This document shows positions 1 to 10,788 of a DNA stretch of 64,000 nt, piece by piece. Position numbers and translations under genes: made by a program. The notes under the pieces were generated by a model. That model was not told the DNA's origin. It saw nothing but the letters and a program-made list of their open reading frames with translations, and did no database searches. The DNA is from Woeseiaceae bacterium. GTDB taxonomy: Bacteria; Pseudomonadota; Gammaproteobacteria; Steroidobacterales; Woeseiaceae. Where the stretch lies: the NCBI GenBank assembly GCA_030066075.1, contig JASJCH010000021.1, positions 1,710 through 65,709 of the forward strand, read 5' to 3'. Position 1 is the stretch's first letter, and every line of letters starts with the position of its first letter.

Positions 1-2266
1 TTACGGCGAGTACACGTTCGACGGCGAGATGAACGTAACGCCGTATTTCGAGTTCAACTACAACCAGCGCGAGACGTTTGCACAGAGCACCGCGGGTTCG
101 GCGTCGAGTAACGCCAACCCGGTTAACGTGCCGGGCTCGAACCCGTTCAACCCGTGTAACCCGAACCAGCCGGACGGCGTGGACTGCGGCCTGGCCTGGG
201 ACAGCGTCATTACAAATCCTGGTTACATCGAGAAGTTCCGCGATCGCTACGAGCCGCTGTGCGCCCAGTTCGGGTTCGATCGTGCGTCATGCACGCCTGG
301 ACTGTTCGGCATCGTCCCGACGGGCGGCGTCGGCCCAATCACCCTCGAGCCACAGGTATCCGTTGTAGGTGATCGCGACAACGTGCTGACCGATATCGAG
401 CAGTACCGCTTTGTTGGCGGTGTGACGGCCGACCTGCCGATGTTCAACGTCGGTTTCCTGGACAACTGGTCGATGGACCTCTCGGTAGTGCACTCCGAAT
501 CGACCGGCGAGTCCAACAGGCGCGGCATCCGGGACGACCTGCTGCGCTACTCGGTGGATACGACCGTCATCGACCCGAACACGGGCGAGCCGGTTTGTGG
601 CACCGATACTACTGGTGACGGCATCCCGGACAGCAACGACTGCGTGCCGGTCAACATGTTCGCGCCGACACTTTACGAGAACCTGATCGAGAACGATTTT
701 GCGACACAGGCCGAACGGGATTTCCTCTTCGACGATCGCAAGTACGATACCGAGTACAAGCAGACCCTGTTCACATTGCTGTTTACGGGCGACCTCTGGA
801 ACATGGCGGGCGGTGACGCCGCGATGGCTCTCGGTTACGAGCATCGCATCGACGAGATCGACTCGATCCCGAATGACGTCGCTCGCGACGGCCTGCTGAT
901 CGGCTTCTTCCGCGACCTCGGCGCCGTTGGTGAGAAGACGACCAAGGAAGCGTTTGCCGAGCTGGAGCTGCCGTTTTTTGCCGGCAACCCGGGCATGGAA
1001 GAGCTGACGGTCAATATCGGCTCGCGCTACACGGACGACGAGTTTTACGGCGGCGCCTGGACCTACTCGGCCAAGCTGGCGTACCGCCCGGTCGATTCGC
1101 TGCTCATCCGCGGCACGGTCGGCACGTCCTACCGCGCGCCGAACCTGCGCGAAAACTTCCTGCAGGGCACCAGTGGCTTCCTCGGCCTGTTCGATCCCTG
1201 CGTGACGCCGGATTCGGCGATCGAACTGGACCCGATGACGGGCGGCTTCAACTATAACCCGGCGGGCGAGACACGGACGCAGACGGTCCTCGACAACTGC
1301 GTGGCCGCAGGCGTGGACCCGACCAACCTCGGCATTACATCGGGTGGCCAGTCTATCGATACGTATTCGGTCGAAATCCTGCGTGGCGTCGGCACCAACA
1401 CGCTCGACGAGGAGAAGTCCGAGTCCTGGACCGCCGGCTTCGCCTGGGACCAGCCGTTCTTCGATTCGTTCGACATGACGCTCGGCGCGACCTACTACGA
1501 GGTAGAAGTAACAGACGAGATCGTGACGCTGGCCTCGCAGTCGAGCATCAACCAGTGTTACGACGATGCCGAAGGCGACAGTCCGTTCTGCACGAACATC
1601 ACGCGCCGGCTGGACAGCGACGGCCTGATCAACCAGGTTGACGAGGCGTTCCTGAACCGCGACGCGCTGAAGACGCGCGGCGTGGACATCAACCTCGCTC
1701 TCGATATCCCGACGCAGCTGTTCGGACAGGCGCTCGACCTGGGCTTCGATTTCAACTTCAACCGCAAGCTCGAGTTCACGACCTTCTTCATCGATAGGGA
1801 AGCGGACTTCGTGAGCTCAGATAGCGACCTGGGCCAGTTCGGTTTCCCCGAGTGGGAAGGCCAGGGCCGGATGCGCGCCGACATGGGCAACTACCGGTTC
1901 ACCTGGAACACGCGTTACATCGGCTCTGTCGCCCAGGATCCGGATATTCGTGCGGCCAACGACTTCGATTCGTATCCGACCATGAATACCTGCGGCGGCT
2001 GGATCCTCGGCGTCGGCCCGGATCCCGATGCGGACGTTCAGTGCCGGCCCGTTGGCGAGGCGGACAACTACTTCCGGCACGACACGTCGTTCTACTACCT
2101 GGGCGACACCTGGACCATCGGTGTTGGCGTTCGCAACGTCACCGACGAAGCGCCGCCCCGGGTTGACAGGCGCGTCGTGTTCTCACGTTGGAATATTCCG
2201 TTCGGCGCCGGTTACGACCTGAACGGCCGCTCGTACTTCTTCAACGTGGCGGCGCGTTTCCAGTAA
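1..2266 (+). CDS. TonB-dependent outer-membrane receptor, C-terminal ~750 aa (5' end lies upstream of the window)
   Basis: The frame of ORF 29..2266 is open to the window edge. Barrel-style sequence rich in G/D/N/Y/F, ending ...NGRSYFFNVAARFQ as a closing strand. An intrinsic terminator follows. Confidence 0.85.
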   Translation, partial: YGEYTFDGEMNVTPYFEFNYNQRETFAQSTAGSASSNANPVNVPGSNPFNPCNPNQPDGVDCGLAWDSVITNPGYIEKFRDRYEPLCAQFGFDRASCTPGLFGIVPTGGVGPITLEPQVSVVGDRDNVLTDIEQYRFVGGVTADLPMFNVGFLDNWSMDLSVVHSESTGESNRRGIRDDLLRYSVDTTVIDPNTGEPVCGTDTTGDGIPDSNDCVPVNMFAPTLYENLIENDFATQAERDFLFDDRKYDTEYKQTLFTLLFTGDLWNMAGGDAAMALGYEHRIDEIDSIPNDVARDGLLIGFFRDLGAVGEKTTKEAFAELELPFFAGNPGMEELTVNIGSRYTDDEFYGGAWTYSAKLAYRPVDSLLIRGTVGTSYRAPNLRENFLQGTSGFLGLFDPCVTPDSAIELDPMTGGFNYNPAGETRTQTVLDNCVAAGVDPTNLGITSGGQSIDTYSVEILRGVGTNTLDEEKSESWTAGFAWDQPFFDSFDMTLGATYYEVEVTDEIVTLASQSSINQCYDDAEGDSPFCTNITRRLDSDGLINQVDEAFLNRDALKTRGVDINLALDIPTQLFGQALDLGFDFNFNRKLEFTTFFIDREADFVSSDSDLGQFGFPEWEGQGRMRADMGNYRFTWNTRYIGSVAQDPDIRAANDFDSYPTMNTCGGWILGVGPDPDADVQCRPVGEADNYFRHDTSFYYLGDTWTIGVGVRNVTDEAPPRVDRRVVFSRWNIPFGAGYDLNGRSYFFNVAARFQ

Positions 2267-2294
2267 GAAACGTCGGCGGTATTTGCTAAAATCG

Positions 2295-2330
2295 ACAGCC
2301 CGCAAGAGGGATCTTGCGGGCTGTTTTTTT
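2295..2330 (+). terminator. Rho-independent terminator after the receptor gene
   Basis: ACAGCCCGCAAG / CTTGCGGGCTGT 12-bp stem with a 6-nt loop, followed by a T7 run. Confidence 0.85.
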
Positions 2331-2381
2331 GTCCAAGTTCCGACAGCTTTCGTGAACTGATCCTGAGTGGGGTTTAACCGT

Positions 2382-4382
2382 ATGAGAACCGGCTTCGTAC
2401 TGATCTTGTTTTCCTTGTTGATGGGGTTCTGCAATACCGCTGCAGCCAAACCCTATCCGCTCGAGTATTTCGCGCTTCGTGAAGTCACCAACAATGTGAC
2501 CATCTCGCCGGACGGCGAGCGTGTCGCCATGCTGAAGATCCTGTCGCGGGAGGGCAATCCCATCCTGCACGTGTATGACGCCGACGACATGGACGCGGAC
2601 GCCTTTGTCGTGAACTCGGACCCGATGGAGATCTTTTCTTACTACTGGGCCAGCGACGAACACATCGTGATGACGCTGCGGCAGAGAACTCGCAAGATGG
2701 TCAAGGGCCAGGAAGACAGCGTCTACGACTACCGCATTGCCATCCTGAACGTAAAGGAAGAGACCTTCGAGGACTTCGACGCGGTCCGGCCCGTCGTCGA
2801 AAACGTTCTCGTCAACGTGCCGAACAAGATCATCATCTCCGAGCAGCCGGACGCGGACAACCCGTTCAAGCTGGACGATGCGTACCGGCCGCGGGCCTAT
2901 TATGAGATGGATCTCAAGCGCGGCACCAAGAAACTGCTGATGCGCGGCAAGTGGTCGGTTGCGCAGGTCGCGTTTGACGCGGATGGCCACCCTCGCGTTG
3001 CACGCGGCTTCGATGTGGACGATGGCGAATACATCATGTGGTACCGGGATCCGGGCGAGAAAGAGTGGCGCGACGTCTGGCGTGCCGACGAGAACAACTT
3101 CGAAATCTGGATGGAAGACGCCGTGGGTTTCGATCCTGCCGTGCCCGGTAACGTCTTGCTCAAGGCCTTCAACGGCGATGACAAGATGGGCCTGTGGTCC
3201 TACAACACGAAGTCCGAGCAATTTGATGAACTTCTTTACCGTCGCTCGGACGTCGACGTTTACGGTGTTCGCATGCACAGCAACACCTGGAAGTACCCGC
3301 AAACCGTTACGGCCGTCAGCTATTTCAAGGACAACTTCCACTTCGAGTATTTCGATGAGATCGAGGGTGCAACCTTCCGGCAGCTCGAGGAGCTGATTCC
3401 CAACTCGCATTACGTGTCGATTACGTCGCGCTCCCGCGACGGTGCGTCGCTGGTGGCAATGAACCAGGGCCCGCGCGACCCGGGCACGTACTACCTGTTG
3501 CATAACGGCGAGTTCAAGGAGGTCGGTAGCCGGCAGCCGCTGTTCGATGGCGAAGAGCTGGCCGATGTCGAGTTCTTCGAGTACAAAGCGCGCGACGGCA
3601 AGAAGCTGACGTCGTTCATGACGATTCCGAAGGGCGAGCCGCCGTATCCGACGGTCGTCATGCCGCACGGCGGGCCGCACGTGCGCGAGATCGTGCTGTA
3701 TGACGAGTGGGCGCAGATGCTGGCCAACAACGGCTACCTCGTCGTGCAGCCGCAGTTCCGCATGTCGCACGGCTATGGTTTTGACCACTTCACGAGCGCG
3801 TTCCTGAATGGCAGCGAGGCTGGCCGCATGATGCAGGACGACAAGGACGACGCGGTGCTGCACCTGGTCGAAGAGGGCATTGCCGATCCGGACCGTCTCG
3901 CCATGTACGGCTGGTCTTATGGCGGCTACGCAGCGCTGATCGCGGCGTCACGTACACCGCAGATTTACCAGTGCACGATCGCGGGCGCTGCCGTCACGGA
4001 CTACCGGCAGGCGGCGATCGACGGCTTCCGCGGCGGTTCGCCGCGTGGCACGGGCAAAGTCTGGGACGAGGTTTACGAGCGCGGTGCGGTGCAGCCGGTG
4101 AAAGAGGTACCGAAGGTCAACGTGCCGATCCTGCTGATTCACGGCGACGTAGATTCACGCGTGTTACCCAAGCAGGCCCGACTGTACCTCGACGAGCTCG
4201 AGGAGCATGACAAGTACCACAAGATGGTATGGCTCGAGGGCGCCGACCACTTCTATGTGACGCTGTTCTACGAACACCAGTTGATGCTCTACGAGTCGTT
4301 GATCGATTTCCTGCACAACGACTGCGGCATGGCGACGGACCAGACCGAAATGCAGGTAATGGCCGCTGCTGACGACGATTAG
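2382..4382 (+). CDS. S9 family serine peptidase (prolyl oligopeptidase / dipeptidyl aminopeptidase type), exported
   Basis: Signal-like N-terminus MRTGFVLILFSLLMGFCNTAAA. N-terminal propeller-like region and C-terminal alpha/beta hydrolase with nucleophile elbow GWSYGG. The ATG at 2382 is preferred over the GTG at 2367 used by the ORF track. Confidence 0.85.
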   Translation: MRTGFVLILFSLLMGFCNTAAAKPYPLEYFALREVTNNVTISPDGERVAMLKILSREGNPILHVYDADDMDADAFVVNSDPMEIFSYYWASDEHIVMTLRQRTRKMVKGQEDSVYDYRIAILNVKEETFEDFDAVRPVVENVLVNVPNKIIISEQPDADNPFKLDDAYRPRAYYEMDLKRGTKKLLMRGKWSVAQVAFDADGHPRVARGFDVDDGEYIMWYRDPGEKEWRDVWRADENNFEIWMEDAVGFDPAVPGNVLLKAFNGDDKMGLWSYNTKSEQFDELLYRRSDVDVYGVRMHSNTWKYPQTVTAVSYFKDNFHFEYFDEIEGATFRQLEELIPNSHYVSITSRSRDGASLVAMNQGPRDPGTYYLLHNGEFKEVGSRQPLFDGEELADVEFFEYKARDGKKLTSFMTIPKGEPPYPTVVMPHGGPHVREIVLYDEWAQMLANNGYLVVQPQFRMSHGYGFDHFTSAFLNGSEAGRMMQDDKDDAVLHLVEEGIADPDRLAMYGWSYGGYAALIAASRTPQIYQCTIAGAAVTDYRQAAIDGFRGGSPRGTGKVWDEVYERGAVQPVKEVPKVNVPILLIHGDVDSRVLPKQARLYLDELEEHDKYHKMVWLEGADHFYVTLFYEHQLMLYESLIDFLHNDCGMATDQTEMQVMAAADDD

Positions 4383-6241
4383 AACATTTCACTGGGGCCG
4401 GGCTGGCCGTCTTTCGGTTTTGTCCGGCTCTTGATGAATTCCCCGGTAATCATCTTGTCGTAGCTCAGGCCCGGTCCCACCATCGGGTAAACGCCAGCGT
4501 CGGGGTCGATAATGACTTCAAGAAACGCCGGCCCATCGAAGGCCATGAATTCGGCGATCGTCGACTCGATGTCAGCGGGCTTGTCCAGCTTGCGAGCAAA
4601 CTCGAAACCGTCTGCCTGGGCCGTCTTGACGAAGTCCTTGCTGTGCAGCGACTTGTCCGATGCCGACATGCGGCTGTCGTAATAGAGTTTTTGCCACTGG
4701 CGCACCATGCCGTCGCCGTAGTTGTTGAGCACGACGACCTTGATGGGCAGCTTGTAAGTTGTGGCCGTCTCGAGTTCGCCGATATTCATGCGAATGCTGG
4801 CGTCGCCGTCGATATCAATGACCACGCGATCCGGCTGGGCGAACTGCGCGCCGATGGCGGCGGGCAGGCCGAAGCCCATGGTGCCCATGCTGCCCGACGT
4901 CAGCCACAGCCGCGGTACCGCATAGTCAAAGTACTGTGCCGCCCACATCTGGTGCTGGCCGACGCCGGTCGAAATGATCGCTTCGCCCCGGGTGTGCTTG
5001 TTGATTTCTTCGATAACGGCGTAGGGCTGAATCAGGTCGCTGTCGCGATCGTAATTGAGGCAGTACTCTTTTTTCAGGTGTGCGATGTGTTCGTGCCAGG
5101 CCGAGTAGTCTTTCCGGAATCCGATTCTCCTGCCGTAATCAAGCAGAGCCGCCAGATCGCGATCCAGCACGCCGACATGGTGCCAGTTGACGCGCTTGAC
5201 CTTGCCGATCTCGGCAATGTCTACGTCGAACTGAGCAATGTTCTTTGCGCCGCCCGCAAATGCCTTGGGGTCGCCCGCGACTCGGTCGTCAAATCGCGCG
5301 CCGACGGCAATCAGGAAATCACAGTCCTCGACCGCGTAGTTCGCGGAGGCGAGTCCATGCATGCCGAGCATGTGCAACGCCATGGGATGTCGGGTATCGC
5401 CGCAGCCCAATGCCATCAACGTGGTTGTGCCGGGAATATCGTATTCATTGGCAAAGTGGCGCAGCGGCTTGGTCGCATTGGCGTTGATAACACCGCCGCC
5501 GGCATAGATCAGCGGCCGTTCGGCCTGGGCAAGCATCTTGTAGAAGCGCTCGCAATCGTCATCGCTCAGGTGGTTTGAGCGCACCGCGTCCAGGCGGCGG
5601 AAGTATCCGGGGAGCGGCAAGGTGCCTTGCCCCTTGAACTCACCTTCCCAGTTCTGAATGTCCTTGGGGATGTCGATGACGACCGGTCCGGGCCTGCCCG
5701 AACGCGCGATTTCGAAGGCGCTCCGAACCGTCTCCTCGAGCTTCCCGGCTTCGGTGACCAGGAAAATGTGCTTCGCAACGGCGCCCATGATGGCCGACAC
5801 CGGTGCCTCCTGGAATGCGTCCGTACCGATCGCGGCAGTCGGCACCTGGCCGCAGATCACGACGATCGGAACCGAGTCGGCCATGCAGTCGCGCACCGGG
5901 GTTACGGTGTTGGTCGCGCCCGGGCCTGACGTCACCATGACGACGCCGACCTTGCCGCTTGCGCGGGCATACCCGGATGCCATGAACCCGGCGCCCTGTT
6001 CGTTGGCCGGCACGATGAGCGGCATCGGCGCCTCGCCGTTCTCGTCCCGGTGGGTATCGTTATAGCGAAAGACCGCGTCGTAGGTCGGCAGGATGGCGCC
6101 GCCGCTGTAACCGAAGATCGTATCGACGCCCTCGTCGGCCAGCACTTGAACGACGATATCGGCGCCCGTCATGGGTTTACCGGCGAGCGGATGTTCGCTC
6201 GCTGTCGTGGATGTCGCCTGATCGCTCATCGTCGCGTCCAA
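4379..6241 (-). CDS. ilvI: Acetolactate synthase (acetohydroxyacid synthase) large catalytic subunit, ThDP/FAD enzyme
   Basis: GADIVVQVLADEGVDTIFGYSGGAILP, TSGPGATN, and the ThDP motif GSMGTMGFGLPAAIGA...DGDASIRMNIGELETA. The true start may be the second Met (6229). Confidence 0.9.
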   Translation of the reverse strand: MDATMSDQATSTTASEHPLAGKPMTGADIVVQVLADEGVDTIFGYSGGAILPTYDAVFRYNDTHRDENGEAPMPLIVPANEQGAGFMASGYARASGKVGVVMVTSGPGATNTVTPVRDCMADSVPIVVICGQVPTAAIGTDAFQEAPVSAIMGAVAKHIFLVTEAGKLEETVRSAFEIARSGRPGPVVIDIPKDIQNWEGEFKGQGTLPLPGYFRRLDAVRSNHLSDDDCERFYKMLAQAERPLIYAGGGVINANATKPLRHFANEYDIPGTTTLMALGCGDTRHPMALHMLGMHGLASANYAVEDCDFLIAVGARFDDRVAGDPKAFAGGAKNIAQFDVDIAEIGKVKRVNWHHVGVLDRDLAALLDYGRRIGFRKDYSAWHEHIAHLKKEYCLNYDRDSDLIQPYAVIEEINKHTRGEAIISTGVGQHQMWAAQYFDYAVPRLWLTSGSMGTMGFGLPAAIGAQFAQPDRVVIDIDGDASIRMNIGELETATTYKLPIKVVVLNNYGDGMVRQWQKLYYDSRMSASDKSLHSKDFVKTAQADGFEFARKLDKPADIESTIAEFMAFDGPAFLEVIIDPDAGVYPMVGPGLSYDKMITGEFIKSRTKPKDGQPGPSEMF

Positions 6242-6308
6242 AACGCTGTAAGTAACGGATTTTTCAGCGAGTGTTTACTAATTCACGGTGCATTGCAATA
6301 CTCGCAGA

Positions 6309-6830
6309 ATGCGACACGCAATTTCAGTGCTACTGCAAAACGAGGTCGGCGCATTGACGCGCATGACCGGCATGTTTTCTTCGCGCGGCTACAACATTGA
6401 TTCTCTCAACGTCGCGCCTACCGACGACCCCACGGTTTCGCGCGTGACGCTCGTCATCTCGGGATCCGACGCGGCGATCGGACAGCTCAACACGCAGCTC
6501 GCCAAGCTCGTCGATGTGGTCAACATCCACGATATGACGCTCGGCGAGCACTTCGAACGCGAGTTGTGCATCGTCAAGCTCAAGCTGGCGACCGGCGGAC
6601 TGGCCAAGGCGCTGGTGTTTGCGAAGAAGCACGGGGCCGAGATACTCGATGATTCCCAGGTCAGTTGCACGATCCAGCTCACCGGCCGGATCAGCGAAAT
6701 CGACGCCTTCGTCGCCGATGCGGCTGACGTCGGCGAGCTATCCGCCGTTGCGCGCAGCGGCAGCGTTGCCGTATCGAAAGGAGAGGTCACGCTGTCGTCG
6801 TTCGATGCGTACCACCATCTCTCAGGCTGA
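6309..6830 (+). CDS. ilvH: Acetolactate synthase small (regulatory, ACT-domain) subunit
   Basis: MRHAISVLLQNEVGALTRMTGMFSSRGYNIDSLNVAPTDDPTVSRVTLV is near-collinear with enterobacterial IlvH. Start moved to the Met at 6309. Confidence 0.9.
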   Translation: MRHAISVLLQNEVGALTRMTGMFSSRGYNIDSLNVAPTDDPTVSRVTLVISGSDAAIGQLNTQLAKLVDVVNIHDMTLGEHFERELCIVKLKLATGGLAKALVFAKKHGAEILDDSQVSCTIQLTGRISEIDAFVADAADVGELSAVARSGSVAVSKGEVTLSSFDAYHHLSG

Positions 6831-6833
6831 TTC

Positions 6834-7958
6834 ATGTCCGCGCTCGAGCTGTCCGACTATCGCCGCCTCGTTATCAAGGTTGGATCGTCGCTGCTGATTG
6901 GCGGCGACGACGCGGTGCATCGGGGCTGGCTCGAGGGCCTTGCCGATGACATCGCAAACCTGCAGCGGTCCGGGCACGAAATCCTGATCGTCTCCTCGGG
7001 CGCGATCGCGATCGGCAGCTCGGTGCTCGACATCGTTCGCAGCAGGGCGCGCCTCGAGCATCTGCAGGCTGCGGCCGCGGCCGGCCAGGTGCAGCTCGTG
7101 CACGCCTGGCAGGAAGCGCTGGGCCGTCACGGCATAGCCGCGGCCCAGGTGTTGCTGACGCCGGAAGACACCGAGAACCGGCGACGATTCCTGAACGCCC
7201 GCGGCACGCTCGCCAAGTTGCTCGAGCACGGCGTCGTTCCGGTGATCAACGAGAACGACACGGTGGCGACCGAGGAGATTCGCTATGGCGACAACGACCG
7301 CCTGGCTGCGCGCGTCGCGCAACTCGTGATGGCCGACGGGCTCGTATTGCTGTCGGACGTGGACGGCCTGTACACGGCGGATCCCGGTAAGGATGACCGG
7401 GCGGAGCACATAGCCGAAGTGCGCCGCATCGACGAGGACATTCTCGCGATCGCGGGCGAGACGCGTTCGGACATCGGCAGCGGCGGCATGGCGACGAAGG
7501 TGCAGGCGGCGCGCATCGCGACCCACGCGGGGTGCTCCACGATCGTCGCCAGCGGTAAGGTCGACCACCCGCTGGCCGTGCTGGCGGGCGGGGGTACCTG
7601 CACGGTGTTCCGCGCCGAGGGCACGCCGGCGGCTGCACGCAAACAGTGGCTGGCGGGCGCTCTGGATGTCCGCGGCGAGCTGCGGCTCGATGACGGCGCC
7701 GTTCGGGCTTTGCGCGCGGGCAAGAGCTTGCTGCCCGTGGGCATGGCAGAAGTGGTCGGGGCATTTCGCAGGGGTGACGTCGTGACCCTGGTGGACGCCG
7801 CGGGCAGGGAGCTGGGTCGTGGCCTCGCGGAGTACTCGGACGAGGAAGCGCGGCGGCTCGCGGGCCGCCAGTCGGAACAGATCGAGGAGCTGCTCGGTTA
7901 CCGTGGCAGTTCGGTCATGGTGCATCGCGACGATCTGGTACTGTTCGATCATGATTGA
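6834..7958 (+). CDS. proB: Glutamate 5-kinase with C-terminal PUA domain
   Basis: [43 protein letters not shown]; C-terminal PUA-like [17 protein letters not shown]. Confidence 0.92.
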   Translation: MSALELSDYRRLVIKVGSSLLIGGDDAVHRGWLEGLADDIANLQRSGHEILIVSSGAIAIGSSVLDIVRSRARLEHLQAAAAAGQVQLVHAWQEALGRHGIAAAQVLLTPEDTENRRRFLNARGTLAKLLEHGVVPVINENDTVATEEIRYGDNDRLAARVAQLVMADGLVLLSDVDGLYTADPGKDDRAEHIAEVRRIDEDILAIAGETRSDIGSGGMATKVQAARIATHAGCSTIVASGKVDHPLAVLAGGGTCTVFRAEGTPAAARKQWLAGALDVRGELRLDDGAVRALRAGKSLLPVGMAEVVGAFRRGDVVTLVDAAGRELGRGLAEYSDEEARRLAGRQSEQIEELLGYRGSSVMVHRDDLVLFDHD

Positions 7959-9207
7959 AACCACCATGACGGCGATGGGCGAGGGCGCGCGCCGCGCGGC
8001 CCGGGCGCTCGCGATGACCGACAACGACACCCGCAACGCGGCGTTGGTCGCGGCCGCGGACGCCATCCGGCGCCGGCGTGGCGAGATCCTGGCGGCCAAC
8101 CGGGTGGACATGGACGAAGGCGCCGAGCGTGGCCTCAGCGGGGCGATGCTCGATCGTCTCATGCTCGACGACGACCGCGTGGAGGCGATGGCCTCCGGCA
8201 TCGAGACGGTCGCAGGCCTCGGCGACCCGTTGGGCAGGGTGCTGGCCGAGTGGGACCGTCCCAACGGCCTAGTCATCCAGCGGGTCAGTGTTCCGCTCGG
8301 CGTCATCGGCATCATTTACGAAAGCCGGCCCAACGTCACGGCGGACGCAGCCGCGCTGTGCCTGAAGTCGGGCAACGCGGCGATACTGCGCGGCGGCTCC
8401 GAGAGTTTCCATTCGAGCCAGGGCATCTACCAGTGCCTGCGCGAGGGATTGGTCGCGGCGGGTGTGGACGCCGACGCCGTGCAGATGGTCCCGACCACGG
8501 ACCGCGCAGCGGTCGGCTTCCTGCTGTCATCGATGGGCGACTCGATCGACGTGGTCGTGCCGCGCGGCGGCAAGAGCCTGATCAAGCGCGTGCAGGACGA
8601 GGCGCGCGTGCCGGTCATCGGTCACCTCGAGGGCATCTGCCACGTTTACCTGCACGAGCAGGCGGACACCGACATGGCGCGCGATATCGTGCTTAATGCC
8701 AAGATGCGCCGCACGGGCATCTGCGGCGCGTGCGAGACCGTGCTGGTCGACCGCGCGGCGGCCGGGCGCCTGTTGCCGGCCGTGGCGGGGGCGCTCATCG
8801 AGGCGGGTTGCGAAATTCGCGGCGACGCCGAGGTCTGCGAACGCGTGTCCGGAGCCATCGCGGCCACCGAAGAGGACTGGTCGACGGAGTATCTCGAAGC
8901 GGTCATCTCGATCCGCGTCGTTGACGATATCGAACAGGCGATCGCGCACATCGCCACTTACGGCTCGGGCCACACGGAGAGTATCGTCACGGCCGATGAC
9001 GCGGCAGCGCAGCGCTTCTTCGCGGCGGTGGACAGCGCCATCGTCCTGCAGAACGCGTCCACCCAGTTCGCCGATGGCGGTGAATTCGGCATGGGCGCCG
9101 AAATCGGCATCGCGACGGGCCGCATCCATGCGCGGGGGCCCGTCGGCGCAGACCAGCTCACGAGCTACAAGTATGTCGTTCGGGGCGCCGGCCAGACCCG
9201 GCCCTGA
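7951..9207 (+). CDS. proA: Gamma-glutamyl phosphate reductase
   Basis: [47 protein letters not shown]. The ATG at 7951 overlaps the proB stop (ATGATTGA). The 44-codon upstream extension in the ORF track lies inside proB. Confidence 0.9.
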   Translation: MIETTMTAMGEGARRAARALAMTDNDTRNAALVAAADAIRRRRGEILAANRVDMDEGAERGLSGAMLDRLMLDDDRVEAMASGIETVAGLGDPLGRVLAEWDRPNGLVIQRVSVPLGVIGIIYESRPNVTADAAALCLKSGNAAILRGGSESFHSSQGIYQCLREGLVAAGVDADAVQMVPTTDRAAVGFLLSSMGDSIDVVVPRGGKSLIKRVQDEARVPVIGHLEGICHVYLHEQADTDMARDIVLNAKMRRTGICGACETVLVDRAAAGRLLPAVAGALIEAGCEIRGDAEVCERVSGAIAATEEDWSTEYLEAVISIRVVDDIEQAIAHIATYGSGHTESIVTADDAAAQRFFAAVDSAIVLQNASTQFADGGEFGMGAEIGIATGRIHARGPVGADQLTSYKYVVRGAGQTRP

Positions 9208-10775
9208 TGCAACAGGATCGCGCCAGCTACGACGTCGCCGTTATCGGCGCCGGCATCAACGGCGCCGGCATTGCGCTGGACGCAGCGCTGCGCGGACTCA
9301 AGGTCATCGTGCTCGACCAGGACGACATGTGCAGCGGCACATCGGCGATCTCGAGCCGACTCATTCACGGCGGTCTGCGCTACCTGGAATACGCTGAGTT
9401 TCCCCTGGTCTTCGAATCGCTGCGCGAGCGCATCACGCTGCGGCGCATTGCGCCGCACCTGATCAGGCCGTTGCGGATCAATATCCCCGTCTATGCCACG
9501 GCACGTCGCGGCCCGCTGCTCATTCGCCTCGGCATGATCCTCTACGACCTGCTGTCGGTGGGCAAGACCGTGCCCGGGCACGACATGCTGGGACGCAAGC
9601 AGGCGATCGAGGCGGAACCCGGGCTGCAGCATGACGGGCTGCGCGCCATGGCCCGCTACTACGACGCGCAGGTGGAGTTCGCCGAGCGCTGGGTTCTCGA
9701 GATTTTGCTTGCGGCACGCGCAGCCGGCGCCGACGTGCGCACCCACAGCCGCGTCGAGCGGATAGTCATCGACGACGGCGCCGTTACCGGCCTGGAGTTC
9801 ACCGACCGGGTCACGGGCGAGCAGGGCGGCTGCAACGCCCGCGTGGTCGTCAACGCCGGCGGGCCCTGGGTGGACGAGGTGCTTGCGACGGCGAATACTG
9901 AGCCAACGCGATTCATCGGCGGCACCAAGGGTAGCCACATCGTCGTGGGCGCGTTCGAAGGTGCGCCCGATGATGCCTACTACGTCGAGGCAGCGGCCGA
10001 CGGCCGACCGTTCTTCATCATCCCCTGGAACGACCTGTACCTGGTCGGCACGACCGACATCCGCTATGACGGCGACCTGAACCACGTGCGCGCCAGCGCG
10101 GCCGAGGTCGATTACCTGCTCGCCGAGACCAACCGCGTGTTCCCGGCCGCGAACCTCACCCGGGCGAGCATCCACTTCGCCTATGCCGGGGTGCGGCCGC
10201 TGCCGCGGCGCGAGAAAGGTCCCGAAGGGGCCATTACGCGCAAGCACATCATCCGGCCAAACCGGGGCATCGCGAGCGGCCTGTTTTCGATCATCGGCGG
10301 CAAGCTGACCACCTACCGCAACCTCGCCGAGCAGGCCGTCGACCGGCTTGCGAAACCCCTTGGTCGCAAGCTGCCGGCTTGTCGCACGCAGAGCCTCAAG
10401 CTGCCCGGCGCCTATGGCCTGGATGAGGCTTCGGCGGCGCTGGCGGCAAGCGACGCGATCACATCGGCAGAGGCGCGGCGACTACTGCGCGTTTACGGTG
10501 GGCGCGCGGCAGACGTGCTCGCCCTGCTCGACGCAGAGCGACTGCCGCTCGTGGAGGCCGAGACGGTATTTGCGATTCGGCAGGAGTTCGCGCGGACGCT
10601 GACCGACATCGTGCATCGCAGGATGATGATCGGTCTCGACGCGGACCAGGGGCGGCCGCTGTACGGGCGAATTGCGGATGCGGCGGCGCTGGAGCTGGGT
10701 TGGAGTGAAGACCAGAAGTCCGCCCAGCTCGATGCGCTACGCGAGTACAGCGAGTCGTTGCGCGTCGCCCGTTAG
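9207..10775 (+). CDS. glpD: FAD-dependent glycerol-3-phosphate dehydrogenase
   Basis: YDVAVIGAGINGAGIALDAALRGLKVIVLDQDDMCSGTSAISSRLIHGGLRYLEY. The start overlaps the proA stop (TGATG). Confidence 0.85.
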   Translation: MQQDRASYDVAVIGAGINGAGIALDAALRGLKVIVLDQDDMCSGTSAISSRLIHGGLRYLEYAEFPLVFESLRERITLRRIAPHLIRPLRINIPVYATARRGPLLIRLGMILYDLLSVGKTVPGHDMLGRKQAIEAEPGLQHDGLRAMARYYDAQVEFAERWVLEILLAARAAGADVRTHSRVERIVIDDGAVTGLEFTDRVTGEQGGCNARVVVNAGGPWVDEVLATANTEPTRFIGGTKGSHIVVGAFEGAPDDAYYVEAAADGRPFFIIPWNDLYLVGTTDIRYDGDLNHVRASAAEVDYLLAETNRVFPAANLTRASIHFAYAGVRPLPRREKGPEGAITRKHIIRPNRGIASGLFSIIGGKLTTYRNLAEQAVDRLAKPLGRKLPACRTQSLKLPGAYGLDEASAALAASDAITSAEARRLLRVYGGRAADVLALLDAERLPLVEAETVFAIRQEFARTLTDIVHRRMMIGLDADQGRPLYGRIADAAALELGWSEDQKSAQLDALREYSESLRVAR

Positions 10776-10788
10776 GGCGCGCTCCTAC
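10764..10788 (-). repeat. Diverged copy of the REP-like element (GTAGGAGCGCGCCCTAACGGGCGAC on the minus strand)
   Basis: Shares the GTAGGAGCGCGCCC head and a GC hairpin with the copies at 34973, 54912 and 59578. Contains the stop codons of both convergent genes (glpD TAG at 10773-10775, receptor TAG at 10785-10787). Confidence 0.5.

Noticed and set aside
2286-3863. Long antisense ORFs opposite recognised genes (examples: 2286..3863 -, 6822..8315 -, 9165..10247 -, 12910..14076 -, 22163..23905 +, 24075..25799 +, 31791..33923 -, 50364..52082 -, 55558..57774 -, 60411..61751 +)
   Set aside because: All have Arg/Ala/Val/Gly/Asp/His-rich, low-information composition typical of shadow frames in GC-rich DNA. 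The opposite strand in each case encodes a protein with clear family motifs, and no domain motif is visible in the shadows.
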